A stretch of 63,919 nt of DNA, filler included, from Salisapilia sapeloensis CBS 127946 (GCA_023334545.1; 11 parts of 11 records of this genome joined end to end with filler, not necessarily neighbours in it); one strand, 5' to 3'; positions 11,741-23,366 are shown, counted from the first letter of the whole stretch. Numbers and translations are program-made. Notes: a model not told the origin generated them from the sequence alone.

Positions 11741-13744
11741 ATGCAGTTCACGGAGCGTAGTGAGCTCAATCGGATCATTGGGCTCACGAGAATGGCTGCA
11801 TGTAATAGCCCTACCTTTCACGATCGTCAGGACTCAGAGGTGGATCGGATTTACAACTCCTCGCCAAAGATGGAGGCACAGATGCGGAACTCGTGGATTG
11901 ATAAGATGGCGTCGTTTAAGACCATGCCAGTGACGGTGAAAAAAGTATCCAGTGCATCTGAACGCACGGCGTCCGTCTCTAGTAATGGCCCGACGTCATC
12001 TGGAGCCAGTAGGAAGCAAAGCGGTGCGGAGAATCCGGATACTGCGAGCAAGAAAGATGGACAGGACACGTCTCGACCGAAAGCAGACTCGAATGCACAA
12101 ACATCTAGGCGAAAGTCTTCGACAAAGGGTTTTGAGGGGAGAAAAGGTAGTATCATATCATTCCTTTTAACCATGCATTTCGCTTAGCTATTGTACTAGA
12201 TGGAGAGAAAAGGGAGAGCGGAGGCTTGGTCTTTGAGAAAGAAGAGGTCGAGCCATTGTCATTGCACTCGTCGTCTACGCTGGACAAGGTCTTGAAGGGA
12301 GCTACTGCTCAAGCAGGTCTCAAGAGTGCTCCGCTTGGAGGCGATGGCAGTGTCCTCCACCTCATCATCTATCTACCGACTCGATCCGAGATGAAAATCG
12401 ATGTATCCATCGCATTCATTGTAGCATAAACTTATGCACTAACGCCACGTGCATGCATAGCTATATGACAGTTCGACTGTGGATGAATCGATTCAGGAAA
12501 TCTTACGGACGCATCAGACGCAGCAACTAGATCCACCGCTCTACTATGGCCATCCTGAATGCTACGAACTACGTCTGCATGATGCCGATGGATATCCAGA
12601 TGAAGACTTTCCTGGTATGCATAAATACTACGACAGAGTATCTCGTAGTACTCATACTTGGCATAGCTCTGGATCGTTCAAGAAAGATTAAAAACTTTGG
12701 CGACGCTGGTGGACATGAATACTGTCTATGTGAACGTCCAGATGCATGTCCACCGAACGGTGACGCTCCACCAGGTACTTGTGTATACTATGCTCCCTTG
12801 AGACAAAAATCTTACTGTTGTATTTCCAGAGAGTAACCCGACGCTCTCTTCGTCCAAGTCCGATTCGTCCATGTCGAACAAACCCGCTGCTGCATCTGAA
12901 AAGAGCTTTCTTAAAATCTTCATGTACGCTCTTTGTTTATCAGCTTTTAGGACAAAACGATTGACGCGTATGCTAGGCCGAAGAGTGATGACTACACCGT
13001 CGTGGCGATCGACAGCACGACGACAGGTCAAGACTTGCTCCCGACGCTCAACAAGAAGCATCGTCTACAGCTATTCCAGGACCAATATGTGTTGAAAATT
13101 AGTGAATCTGAGCGTGAACGACTGGATCTGCCGACTGGGGAAGTGGATTTGAGAACCAAGTTGCATCCTCTGAATTTACATGAAGTCACGTTGGCGACGA
13201 AACAGTATGCGGATGCGCCTCAAGTGCCTGTTACCGTCACAAATACCGTCGACGATCCGACGAATGTCGACGGTAGACAGCGTCCACCGCCAGAGACGTT
13301 CATGTTCAACGATGTGACGGCTGCCATGTTCAAGGAGTGGCGTGTGAATAAGAAAAACAAGTATGGCAAGTGGCAGCAACGGATGCTCGGTATCGACTTG
13401 AACAAAGTGTACAATCGGAAAGTCGGTGAACGGGTCATCAAGTCCCGGAACACGACCAAAGTCGTACGTATCGCGTTTTCAATATTGTCGAGTGGATAGT
13501 CTTAATGTATGTCATGTAGGCGGAGCGTCCGATATCGAACGTGGCATGGGTCCAGTTCAAACAAGCAGCTTGCGACTTTCAAGTCTACTACAAAGATGAA
13601 GATACGGTCACCGACTACATCGCAGACTCGCCCTACGAGTGTGGTATGTCCATACTACAGTTTGTAATCGAGAAAAGGAACTGACTATGCTTTATAGCGG
13701 AGATTGTGGCGAAACTCAAGTACATTTTGTCCAGGCGAGCTTAA
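11741..13744 (+). CDS. SIN1: TORC2 subunit SIN1/Avo1-like (CRIM and PH domains), multi-exon
   Basis: CRIM-like YELRLHDADGYPDEDFP|ALDRSRKIKNFG..EYCLC. SIN1-PH-like FKEWRVNKKNKYGKWQQRMLGID. Spliced end reads YEC|AEIVAKLKYILSRRA* with the stop at 13742-44. Confidence 0.8.
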
Positions 13745-15380
13745 TTTTGGTGATTGGAGAATGGAGAACGAAGTGGACTGTGATGGAAAAGATGGTGTAC
13801 GGGAAACTGTCAAGTACTTGATGCAAAGTAAATGCTTGAATATAGCTGAACATTGCATTTTGCAGACCGTGTTGGATCGTCGAAAAGCATATCGTTGTAA
13901 TATTCGTTTTCTGATCAAATGGATGTTGCAACATGTGATGGAGTAGGTAGCGTTACATAGCTGGGATGAGCGGACACTAGAACTCTTGCCGACGCTCTTC
14001 ATCTCATTTGACGATGGCATAACCGACAAGGCGGTTTTGAATTTGGGTTATGCAGACTTTTCAATTGATAGACACGAAGCGACGGACAAAGTAGATCATT
14101 CGCATGATAATGTGATGAAAATGGACGACACTTTGCGTTTCTTTAACTGCGCTCGATGGAATGTTCTAGTGGGATTATGCTTGGAATGATAGGCGTTGGA
14201 AATGGAAGATGGTAGCTGAGGAGCTCATTTATACATATAGTAGGTTTATGACCATCATGTGTACTTGAATTATACTTGCTTTCGTTATCATTTTAACAAG
14301 CTTCCCTGCTAGGATATGTAGCAGATGACTTTCTCAGGTGACAATGAAGCCAGCATTGTTGATTTATATCTTCTTCCTTGTGCCCATTAACGGATCTTTT
14401 AGCCACAAGATCATGAAAACAGGATTATTCAGTTCGTACTCAATATCATAAGGTAACTCGGCGATATAGAAGTTAATTTGTTGAACTGAAACGCAAATGA
14501 AATTTTTCTCATCAGACAGGGTTAGCATTGTGGATGTAGTCTAGCAAACTGCATCTCGAGTCTATGAGCTGAATCGATAGGCGTGAAGCGGTAAAGAAAT
14601 CTGCATATGTTACAACCTTTTCCAGTACTTCAGCTGCTGGGCTGAAGCAAGGCATATGCGCATCAGAAGGATTGCTTAGTTGCATCAGGATGATCGTGTA
14701 ATCTCGGCGAAAGCGTAGTGCTTCGCACAAGTAGTTTGAGCAATCTATATTTTATATACCTCAATTCAGCTATGCATTCAAGTTTAAATTACAAATTTAG
14801 AATCATAATTAAAGTTTAGCTTTTATTTGTCCCTGCTGGAAGACCACAGAATGCAAATATTTTTAGAGTATAACGCTCGATACTTGTGTGTTTACTTTGT
14901 TCGCTGTCGTTTAATAATGTTTAGCTTTCTGGCATCGATATTGGCAGCTAAGTAGATCAAATGGGGAATCAATCCATCAAGCTATACATTCCTATATGAT
15001 TTTAAATCATATAAACTTTCAAAGCTACGGGAACTCTGGACGCTTCTGTTATACCAACGGCAACTGCATTAGAGCGCGGTCTATATCCGATTAACTATTG
15101 CTTGATATGACGTATTTAATGATCGCTGCTTAGTCTCAAGAAAGACATAAGGCAATGTACCACAAAATTCCTTCTTCATCATCTTTCACACTTTAAATAG
15201 CGAGAACCTTTATCAAATAGATATACTGAGAATGCCAAAAGATAGCAAGCAACTTTGTGGCAAAAACATCTTCTCTTGTTGTAGTGATCTTTTCTATTAT
15301 ATAAATTCTATTGTCTAGCCTGACAGCTTCGCTGTAGGTTGGATACTTTGGATGGATCCTACATTCTTTCTTTTCACGCT

Positions 15381-16187
15381 TCATACTGGCGTGCTTGCTC
15401 TTGTATAGTTGCGCTTGCCACGTCCGCGATTTTCCTTGTCCTTTCGGCCAGTCTTACGGAATTGAATGAACATGCCTAGCATGAACATGATGATCGTGAC
15501 AACCAAATAAGCCCACCATGCATCGGGAATGTGATAGTCAAATTCCCCGTCAATGGCTTCGTAGTAGTAGTGCTTAAGTTCAGACCTACTCGGATATTCT
15601 CCAGCAAAGTAACCGACACCACACACAAGTACAGATGCCCCGATGAAACTCGTGGCAACGATGACAGTCGGTCTCTCCAGCTTTAATGTCAGAATTCCAC
15701 CAATGATCCCGAATACAACGAGGAAGGCGAAGAGAATTCTGCCCGGGTGCGAAGGGTATATGAGATGCCCAAAAACCGAGTTGAGCAAAAACCCGAGGAT
15801 AACACCGCTAGCAGCACCAATGAGGAAGACACCGAGAGTGTAAACGGCAAGCGCAAGTGCACCACAGAGGAGACCGCCAAGCGCGAATCCGACCCAGGTG
15901 GCGATATCGACATACGAGTACGATTCAAACATTTCTTCGACTACCAAAGACGTGGCTAGCCCTCCAGCGAGAAAACCGCACACGAAAAGTGTCGGCCGAA
16001 GTAATTTGTACCCAGCAACTGCTAAGGCTGTACCAACACCAATAGCAATAGCTGCACCAACGGAAGGTGCGATCTCGATGTTAGCTGCCGAAGTGAGAAT
16101 TGTCTTGACATCACTGTCTGCAGCAACTTGAGTCGTGCTCATTATGCATACGATAAGAGCGAGCAAAGTCTGGAGTTGTTTCTTCAT
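15381..16187 (-). CDS. TM7S3/TM198-like (DUF4203) multi-pass membrane protein with signal peptide
   Basis: GTALAVAGYKLLRPTLFVCGFLAGG, about seven hydrophobic segments, VIVATSFIGA and a basic C-terminal tail. Confidence 0.85.
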   Translation of the reverse strand: MKKQLQTLLALIVCIMSTTQVAADSDVKTILTSAANIEIAPSVGAAIAIGVGTALAVAGYKLLRPTLFVCGFLAGGLATSLVVEEMFESYSYVDIATWVGFALGGLLCGALALAVYTLGVFLIGAASGVILGFLLNSVFGHLIYPSHPGRILFAFLVVFGIIGGILTLKLERPTVIVATSFIGASVLVCGVGYFAGEYPSRSELKHYYYEAIDGEFDYHIPDAWWAYLVVTIIMFMLGMFIQFRKTGRKDKENRGRGKRNYTRASTPV

Positions 16188-16241
16188 TCGATAGAGCTGA
16201 TATGTATGCGGATCCTTGCTATGTCACTTGTGATGCGATAA

Positions 16242-16257
16242 GCAAATTGAGGAATGA
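16242..16257 (-). promoter_or_regulatory. Oomycete INR+FPR core promoter
   Basis: Minus strand TCATTCCTCAATTTGC, about 55 bp upstream of the ATG at 16187. Confidence 0.75.
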
Positions 16258-16906
16258 CATTTAAGTGACACCAATATACACCGCTGTTTAATTATATCAA
16301 CTGAACGCAATGCAGCGTCTCACCCGTATGGCTTTCAGAAAGACATCACAAGATAGATACGGGTTCAGTAGGCTAGTTATTAACTCACTCTAGCTTTGTT
16401 GATGTCGAAACAGATCTTTGATGTTGGATTCTGGGCTTTCAACAGCTTTGATCATTCAGTGTCGAATCGCTCGACTAGTAATACAATGCCTTCGCGAATT
16501 GTAACAAATGGGCGCCAGCACACGCTCCTCGGGTACAGAATCTGTCACCGCAATGACACGAAGGAAAACGCGTAGAAGTCAAACGGAAGTTACTGGCAAA
16601 GATGAAATGAATTTCAGCTTGTTTCGTACCACTCACAAAGCATTCTCCAAGCTTGCAAGACGAATTTCATCACTACCTCATTCTATTTATAAAAAACTGC
16701 TTGATATTTGTTTGACTATCGATAATATCCAGTAAGGGTCAGGTGGTAGTCGTGAGTTAAATGTCCATATTGATCTGCAGGCCCATACCGCACCTCGATC
16801 TGGACACTTCGTCCGATCTCCAAGTTTCCATTCGCAATCACGGTACAAATGTGGTACAATTCGACAGGAGCTCGAACAACTCCCCAACTTTTGATCTAAA
16901 TCGGTG

Positions 16907-18280
16907 ATGACCATGCTTCGCGTGGGCACTACTCGCCGTGCACTGCTCTTTCAATCGCAAAAATTCCTCCATGCATCCAAAGCCATATCTCAAGCTCGCA
17001 ACCAGAGTTCGACAGGCACAAGTACATTGTCCACCGACTTTGATGCAGCTCCAGGTGATCTCAGCTGTAGTGGTCAGCCTTATCGTGCGATTTTCGGCTC
17101 CAAGTCCGCACAGAAAGCACTTGGGTCACTCTCACGTGCTTCTTCCATTAGCAAAATGCTAGTCATTCGTGACGGAGATGCTGGTGCTGCTCAACGTACT
17201 CGCTACGCCGAGTTCCTACTCATGCAAGCAGGCATCCCGTGCTTTCAATACACGTTGACACGCGATTGTGCAACTTTAGAGACAGTAGACCAGGCAATGG
17301 AAACTGCTCAACGTGTTGGTGCTAATGGAGTGCTTGCATTCGGTGGCGGTGCCACGATGGATCTGGCTCGAGCCGTCTCACTCTTCCTCCCGAATGCTCA
17401 TCTCGCCGAATCCACCGCAGAGCTCATGAAGAAAGATACTTCCAGTAGCAAGATCGCTACTCCATTGCCACACATCCTAATGCCAACAAAATCTGGCGCT
17501 GGTGTTGAACTATCAACGCGAGCGTTGGTGCTGGATGAAGAACAAGAAGTGAAGCGAGCCCTCCAGCCGTCCGTCGCCATCAAAGCTGAGGGTGTCATCA
17601 TCGACCCGACTCTAGCCGTAACCGTTCCGCTCCAAGAAACTGTGTTGGGTGCACTCACCGCTCTTGGACAATGTATGGAGTCATATCTACTCGGATGTGG
17701 TAGCAAGGGTGCAGATGAAGTGGCATTGGAAGGTGTAGAAATCATCGCGAATGCCTTTGCTGATCCGTTGGTCGAAGGCAAATTGAATCTAAAAGACACC
17801 TCGAAGAGGGAACAATTTGCTTTAGGTAGCGTCGTAAGTAGTATTAGTGGTAATGCATCAGGTGCAGGAGCAGCACAGTGCCTTGCGATCGGCATGGGCG
17901 GTATCTCAGACCTTCCTCACGCCCAAATCACGTCTGCTTTCCTCCCTCTCATCTTCGACCGGTACTACTCTCTCGCAAAGGAGAACCAGGGAGACGAAGC
18001 ATTTGATGAGGTCGACACGAAACTGGCGCATCTAAACGCAGCTCTTGCGTCGTCCAGCGGTTTCCAGGCGAACTCGATCGCCGACTGGCTGCGGTACGTG
18101 TCGAAACGATTCGATCTACCTGACACAAAGGAATTTGAGCTCGAAAGCGATGGTCTTGTCGGTGTTGTCATTGAAAATGCAAACGAGCATCAGCAGATAA
18201 CGCATCCAGAAGGTGGGGAAGACCCGATCTTTGAACAAGAAGACTACCAGAGTGTCTTGGACCTAGCACTTGCCAAGTAG
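16907..18280 (+). CDS. Iron-containing alcohol dehydrogenase family protein with degenerate metal ligands; possible mitochondrial presequence
   Basis: AFGGGATMD, PTKSGAGVE, IIDPTL and ALGQCMESY follow the Fe-ADH fold. N-terminus rich in Arg/Ser and free of acidic residues. Confidence 0.85.
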   Translation: MTMLRVGTTRRALLFQSQKFLHASKAISQARNQSSTGTSTLSTDFDAAPGDLSCSGQPYRAIFGSKSAQKALGSLSRASSISKMLVIRDGDAGAAQRTRYAEFLLMQAGIPCFQYTLTRDCATLETVDQAMETAQRVGANGVLAFGGGATMDLARAVSLFLPNAHLAESTAELMKKDTSSSKIATPLPHILMPTKSGAGVELSTRALVLDEEQEVKRALQPSVAIKAEGVIIDPTLAVTVPLQETVLGALTALGQCMESYLLGCGSKGADEVALEGVEIIANAFADPLVEGKLNLKDTSKREQFALGSVVSSISGNASGAGAAQCLAIGMGGISDLPHAQITSAFLPLIFDRYYSLAKENQGDEAFDEVDTKLAHLNAALASSSGFQANSIADWLRYVSKRFDLPDTKEFELESDGLVGVVIENANEHQQITHPEGGEDPIFEQEDYQSVLDLALAK

Positions 18281-18337
18281 AAAAGTAACATGATTGAAAG
18301 AAAAAAGAATCTCTTGGCGCATGAACGATCGATCTAC

Positions 18338-20434
18338 TTAGTAACTACGTCCCCACAGCACCCACGCCGTCGCAGGCTTGCCACTTACAAAGCATGTCAA
18401 TCCCTCCGGCTTCTCCCGGTTGTGTTCATACGGCAGACATAGCGTCTTGGCAGCAGAGCTCGTGGCAGCGTTCTCCGCCTCTTCCTCCAGTCCCATCAAG
18501 GCTAACGACTCGTCCTTGCTACGTGTCTTGACACTCTCCTCCCATTCCGTTTCGTTGCAGAAAGGAGTGAGCGCCATGCACCCGTCTTGCAACGCAGGGA
18601 CAAAGTCCTCCCACTTGGTCACCTTGCGCACACGGTTGTCCATCTCGGTACGAGCACGATGGAGCATATCCGCTTGCATCTGTTCCAGCAGCTTCGGAAT
18701 TTCAACCTTGAGGTCATCGATGCTAATGTCACGCTTGCTACCGTCGTCACGTCGGACGACGCGCACTTGGTTCTTCGCGAGATCCTTCGGACCTAACTCG
18801 AAACGCAGAGGAACACCCTTAAGCTCCCAGAAGTTGTACTTCCATCCAGGCGTGTACGTCGTACGCTTATCCACATGCGTTCGGACGTCAACTGTCGTGA
18901 GCATCGACTCTACCTCCATGGCCTTGTCCAACAAGGCAGAGATCTCGTCCTTGTCCTTGAAGACGATCGGGACGACGACGACTTGGAGAGGAGCGACACG
19001 AGGCGGGAGGACGAGACCCTTGTCATCTCCGTGCGTCATGATCATGACACCAAGGGAGCGTGTCGTGAAACCCCAGGACGTCTGGTACGGAATGATCTTC
19101 TTCCCGTTGTCATCTTCCGCCGCGATATTGAACATCTTGCCAAAGTTCTGACCGAGCTGGTGAGACGTCGCGGCTTGGATGCCACGCCCAGTGGATGGGA
19201 TGAATCCCTCGATCGTCGTCGTGTAGTCTGCTCCAGCGAACTTTTCCTTCTCACTCTTCACACCCTTGATGACAGGCACAGCGAGAAGCTCTTCGTAGGC
19301 GCCAGCGTAATAGTTGAGGATCAAGTCCACTTGTTCATCAGCTTCTTCCTTGGTGGCATGAGCAGTGTGTCCTTCCTGCCAAAGGAACTCACGCGTACGG
19401 ATGAACGGCGTAGGGTTCTTAAATTCCCATCGAACGACGTTATTCCACTGGTTGAGCTTCTGAGGAAGGTCGCGATGGCTACGGATCCATCGCTTGAAAG
19501 CAGGGTACATACCCGTTTCACTCGTCGGACGAATGGCAATCGGCGTCGTGAGGTCCGAGTCACCTGACTTGGTCACCCATGCGACTTCTGGAGCGAATCC
19601 TTCGAGATGATCCTTCTCTTTCTGGAGCTTATCGGCCGTGATGAAGATCGGGAAGTAGCAATTCTTCACGCCAGTGCTCTTGAAACGAGAGTCAAGGTAG
19701 CCTTGGACCTTTTCCCAAATCTCGTACGAGTACGGACGGAGGATGTAGCAACCAGAGACATCATAGTAGTCGATCATCTCGGACTTTGTAATGACTTCCG
19801 TGTACCAATCGGCAAAGTTACTGGATTTCGTGACAGTCAGTCCTTCGTTGAGCTTTTGCTCGACGTTCTTCTTGACAGGAGCTTTGGCAACCTTCTCCTT
19901 CTTCACAGGGGCAGGAGGAGCAGGTGTGGCAGCAAAGTCCACAATAATTGGATCGTGCTGGTAGTGCTTGGCGAACTTTAACAGGTCCTGCGGGTTCATC
20001 GTGTAAGACAACGTGTTGTCTAGAGGATGGCAGTGGAGAGAAGTGGCATCCACGAGTGCCTTGTCAAGGACAAAGCGGACTTGACACTCCTTGTCGTGCA
20101 TGACGCAGAGGGGGCTTACGGAGCCTTTCGAGACGTGCAAGAGATTTTCCAAGACATCTTCCGGAGCGAATCGAAGGTTGTACTTCTTGCCAATGCCGTT
20201 GCTAATGAGCACTTGTCCGAGGCTCTTGGTGTCCACTTTGGTGGATGCAGCGGCCGTGACGAGGAACAGGCCTTCCTTTTTATCCTTAAAGACAAGGTTT
20301 TTACAGGCATGACCAGAAACTTCGCCCATGGCAGCTACTAGGTCTTCAACAGTAGGCACAGGAGCATGTTCATGCTTTTCGTAAGAGATTGAGAGCTCAG
20401 CAAGAGCTGCATTCACTTCCTCGACGCGAGCCAT
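18338..20434 (-). CDS. ProRS: Prolyl-tRNA synthetase (eukaryote/archaea type) with N-terminal YbaK/ProX editing domain
   Basis: WYTEVITKSEMIDYYDVSGCYILRP, IAIRPTSET, FIRTREFLWQEGHT and C-terminal WGRSY. N-terminal HEHAPVPTVED..CKNLVFKDKK..KGSVSPL is YbaK-like. Confidence 0.97.
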   Translation of the reverse strand: MARVEEVNAALAELSISYEKHEHAPVPTVEDLVAAMGEVSGHACKNLVFKDKKEGLFLVTAAASTKVDTKSLGQVLISNGIGKKYNLRFAPEDVLENLLHVSKGSVSPLCVMHDKECQVRFVLDKALVDATSLHCHPLDNTLSYTMNPQDLLKFAKHYQHDPIIVDFAATPAPPAPVKKEKVAKAPVKKNVEQKLNEGLTVTKSSNFADWYTEVITKSEMIDYYDVSGCYILRPYSYEIWEKVQGYLDSRFKSTGVKNCYFPIFITADKLQKEKDHLEGFAPEVAWVTKSGDSDLTTPIAIRPTSETGMYPAFKRWIRSHRDLPQKLNQWNNVVRWEFKNPTPFIRTREFLWQEGHTAHATKEEADEQVDLILNYYAGAYEELLAVPVIKGVKSEKEKFAGADYTTTIEGFIPSTGRGIQAATSHQLGQNFGKMFNIAAEDDNGKKIIPYQTSWGFTTRSLGVMIMTHGDDKGLVLPPRVAPLQVVVVPIVFKDKDEISALLDKAMEVESMLTTVDVRTHVDKRTTYTPGWKYNFWELKGVPLRFELGPKDLAKNQVRVVRRDDGSKRDISIDDLKVEIPKLLEQMQADMLHRARTEMDNRVRKVTKWEDFVPALQDGCMALTPFCNETEWEESVKTRSKDESLALMGLEEEAENAATSSAAKTLCLPYEHNREKPEGLTCFVSGKPATAWVLWGRSY

Positions 20435-21295
20435 GGCTCCAAATCCAATTATGTGGTGAGGGTCGTGTAGCGGTAGTGTCTTTAGTTTTGTATATTATAC
20501 AAACAGCAAGTGTACTACTAGTACGCGAGTCCATTGCAGGTCATGTAAACTCAAGATAGGAAGCATTTGATGCGACTGAGATGCTGATCATGGCATTGCA
20601 AGGCACTTTTAAAATGAATGCATACTTGCTTTTTCATATTCCAGTAGATAGGATACTTTATACATGTACAATTCCATTATGATTCCTCATAGTGCACTTT
20701 GATCCGAGTCCTGTAGTCTTTTTCTAGGTGACTTCAATGTTCTCTTTGAGCTAGCACGATACTTTGTAGATTGACTGCATCACGGCAGACGTGAAAATGA
20801 GCTTCTGACGTAGCCAGACCATTAGTGCATACGGGCTTTTAGATCGTAATAGAAGGACTTTTACTATGGAGAGTTTCCATGTATGACCTTTTAAGTGCGT
20901 GATCTGGTAGGATCCCGAAAGCTTCTATCTACAGCAGACGAACAGTCTATTTGACGATAGCGTTTTAAGCACCGCTTTACTAACCATCACGAGATTGGTT
21001 CCTGCTTGTATTGCTATGGCCTATCTTAAAGTGCTTTGGAGCAGTAATCACTCAGTAGTGGTAACCTCGTCTTAAAGTGTGCCAGTCTCACATTTAGATG
21101 ATACAAAGTGTAACATGCGTTGATATCTTTACATCTTCGTACATTACTTCCACTACTTCAAACCTTTATTCGAAGTTGATGAAGCCCCTGAAATAATAAC
21201 TCGTACTCTAATGGTTTATGTAGCAACAGTACGGCAGACGCTAATTATAGCTATATCCGTTCTTTCACAATCGAGGAGCATTTGCAAGGTGAAGA

Positions 21296-21380
21296 TGAGT
21301 CGCGGTGATTTACGGATGACCGGTACGCTGCTTGTTGTAGTGCTGGTAGTGGCTACTGAGGCCACATCTTCGTTTCCGAA
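21296..21380 (+). CDS. 5' fragment of a probable secreted protein, cut by the contig end
   Basis: MSRGDLRMTGTLLVVVLVVATEATSSFP looks like a signal peptide. Only 28 codons are visible. Confidence 0.3.
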
Positions 21381-21480
21381 NNNNNNNNNNNNNNNNNNNN
21401 NNNNNNNNNNNNNNNNNNNNNNNNTTAATTAATTAANNNNNNNNNNNNNNNNNNNNNNNNNNNNNNNNNNNNNNNNNNNN
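21381..21480. other. Artificial contig spacer
   Basis: 44 N + TTAATTAATTAA + 44 N. Confidence 0.98.
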
Positions 21481-21621
21481 CTCCTGCCATCTTTCGGTCA
21501 AGAAGACGAGAACGATGCGACTTGTAACTCAATCTTGAACGGTTTCGGCCGAAGCCTTGTCAAAGGTCACACGCTCGACCTACGTCGATGGACGTCAGCG
21601 AGATGCATCATGGAATGGAGC
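21481..21621 (+). repeat. 141-bp exact inverted terminal repeat, left copy (partner 23367-23507)
   Basis: Base-by-base reverse-complement identity from CTCCTGCCATC to GGAATGGAGC. Confidence 0.97.
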
Positions 21622-22346
21622 AAAAGGAAGGTTTCGAGAAAGAGTGTGAAGCGAGAGAAGAAATGGAAGCAGAGGAAGCGGAGCAGCGTCGTTTTGGGGA
21701 TTGTTTCTGGGGCATCCAGAACGAAGTGGTGCGAGAAGAACGATGTCGCGCTAGTATGGCAGTGGAGGACAAATTGAGCCACGAAATGGATTTGCACTTG
21801 ATCGAGATCGAGCGACATCATCGGTGGATGGAAGAAGACCGCCAGGCGAAAGAAGAGTGTCGTAAGCGCGAACAAGAAGTGATGAAGGAAAACTCTAAGC
21901 AATATTTATCCTGGTTCTATACGGAATGTACTACTGCGGATGATATTCTTGCGTATGTATGGTCCTCAGATATTGGTTCTAATCTAACGCCTAATACTAC
22001 TTCCTCGGGGTCCCCGAAGCTTCCGTCAAAGCAGCGTCGGTACAATTTGGATGACATTGCTATTCGAGCATGTCGAAGTAGTGGAAACTTTACAATGAAT
22101 GGGAGACTGCTCTTCACGATGCACGACCCCCAAAGCACACGTGTTCAGGAGAGATGTGGCAAGTATGCAATCAAGAATATCGATACGAATGACTGCTTCC
22201 AGGCGGCGTACCACTCGACTGCTGTTCGAGCGTCGGATCTTCCAGATCATGCTAACAAAGTCCAGTTTCACCGTAGCAAATCTGCCGTACGTACGTTTGC
22301 TAGTGCGCATAGTGCTTTCTTTAGAATTATGTGCGTAGGTTCCTGA
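21588..22346 (+). CDS. Hypothetical Glu-rich coiled-coil protein; exon structure unresolved
   Basis: 252-aa ORF with an E/R/K-rich helical N-terminal half and a probable splice donor near its 3' end. May be spliced to the EF-hand ORF. Confidence 0.5.
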   Translation: MDVSEMHHGMEQKEGFEKECEAREEMEAEEAEQRRFGDCFWGIQNEVVREERCRASMAVEDKLSHEMDLHLIEIERHHRWMEEDRQAKEECRKREQEVMKENSKQYLSWFYTECTTADDILAYVWSSDIGSNLTPNTTSSGSPKLPSKQRRYNLDDIAIRACRSSGNFTMNGRLLFTMHDPQSTRVQERCGKYAIKNIDTNDCFQAAYHSTAVRASDLPDHANKVQFHRSKSAVRTFASAHSAFFRIMCVGS

Positions 22347-22516
22347 TCCGCACTTGCCAGCTCGTTTCAATGGCATCCCGCTCAACTGTGACCAGGTAGG
22401 TTGACTATCAAAGTAACATACGCTGCTTACATCATGACAAAGCACCCTTAATGTAGGCAAACTCGACAACAGAGATACTGCGTAGTGAGCACACAAAGCT
22501 AAATCGTTTACCTACT

Positions 22517-23278
22517 TTGGAGAGTCCCGTCAAGAGGCGATCCCCAGCCAAGCGCAAGGTCGTTCGGAAGAAATCTCCCAAGAAAACAAGTAGTCGATTC
22601 AGGCAACGGAATCAAGAACCAGTGGAAAGTGCACTGGAGATGGACTCTGTGTCGTCAGGAAATGATGAAACCGCACTGCTACTCAGGGTGGCAAAACTTA
22701 TGGACTACGATGCTAGTGGCTCAGTTTCCAAAGACGAGATGGTCTGGGCTCTTCGACACGATCGGGAAATTCACGCACTTGCCACGCAATCCGTGTTGCT
22801 CACTACGTTTCTAAAGTACCCTTCACAGCTTGACCATCTAATCGACGAGCGTGGCGGTGAGGTCGGATTAGAAGACTTTGAATCTTTCTGTCGGGAGTCC
22901 TACGAGCACATTGTATCGAAAGACAAAGGAGACAGTGCTCTGATGGAAATAACCGTGCATGAGGATTCCCAGGCGGAGGCAAAAGAGATGGAAATGGAGA
23001 TTGCAATCATCCACCAGCTTTTTGCTTTAATCGACGCAGATGAAAACGGCGTGGTGGATCTAGAAGAGATGGAGCGAGTTTTGAACGCGACTGAGACGTT
23101 GGATATCCACCAACTCATTCATTCGTCACAGATGCTGCAGCCACTGCTAGATCAAACAGCGGTCACGGGTGCATTAAGCAAGTTTGCGACGAGAGATCCT
23201 AAACGCATCACCAAAGACGAGTTCGTGGCGCTGTGTTCAAACATCACATCCTTCACGACAAATGGTAGGATCCTCTAA
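22517..23278 (+). CDS. EF-hand protein or exon
   Basis: EF-hand loops DYDASGSVSKDE and DADENGVVDLEE, plus a degenerate RITKDEF. ORF opens at TTG, so the true start or upstream exon is uncertain. Confidence 0.75.
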   Translation: MESPVKRRSPAKRKVVRKKSPKKTSSRFRQRNQEPVESALEMDSVSSGNDETALLLRVAKLMDYDASGSVSKDEMVWALRHDREIHALATQSVLLTTFLKYPSQLDHLIDERGGEVGLEDFESFCRESYEHIVSKDKGDSALMEITVHEDSQAEAKEMEMEIAIIHQLFALIDADENGVVDLEEMERVLNATETLDIHQLIHSSQMLQPLLDQTAVTGALSKFATRDPKRITKDEFVALCSNITSFTTNGRIL

Positions 23279-23366
23279 AACGCTATTCATTCTTCCTGCG
23301 GTTACCAAGCAGGCTTAAATATACACGTATCTCTGATTTTATGCTTATGACCACCACCTACCATTC

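Noticed and set aside
14993-15013. 21-bp AT-rich quasi-palindrome TATATGATTT-T-AAATCATATA
   Set aside because: Single copy in AT-rich intergenic DNA with no associated feature.
13750-15380. Possible multi-exon gene around ORF 14512-14730
   Set aside because: Fragments look coding but have no recognisable motif or consistent splice model.
18338-20434. YbaK/ProX domain fused to ProRS as a novelty
   Set aside because: This N-terminal editing-domain fusion is already known in several protist ProRS enzymes.
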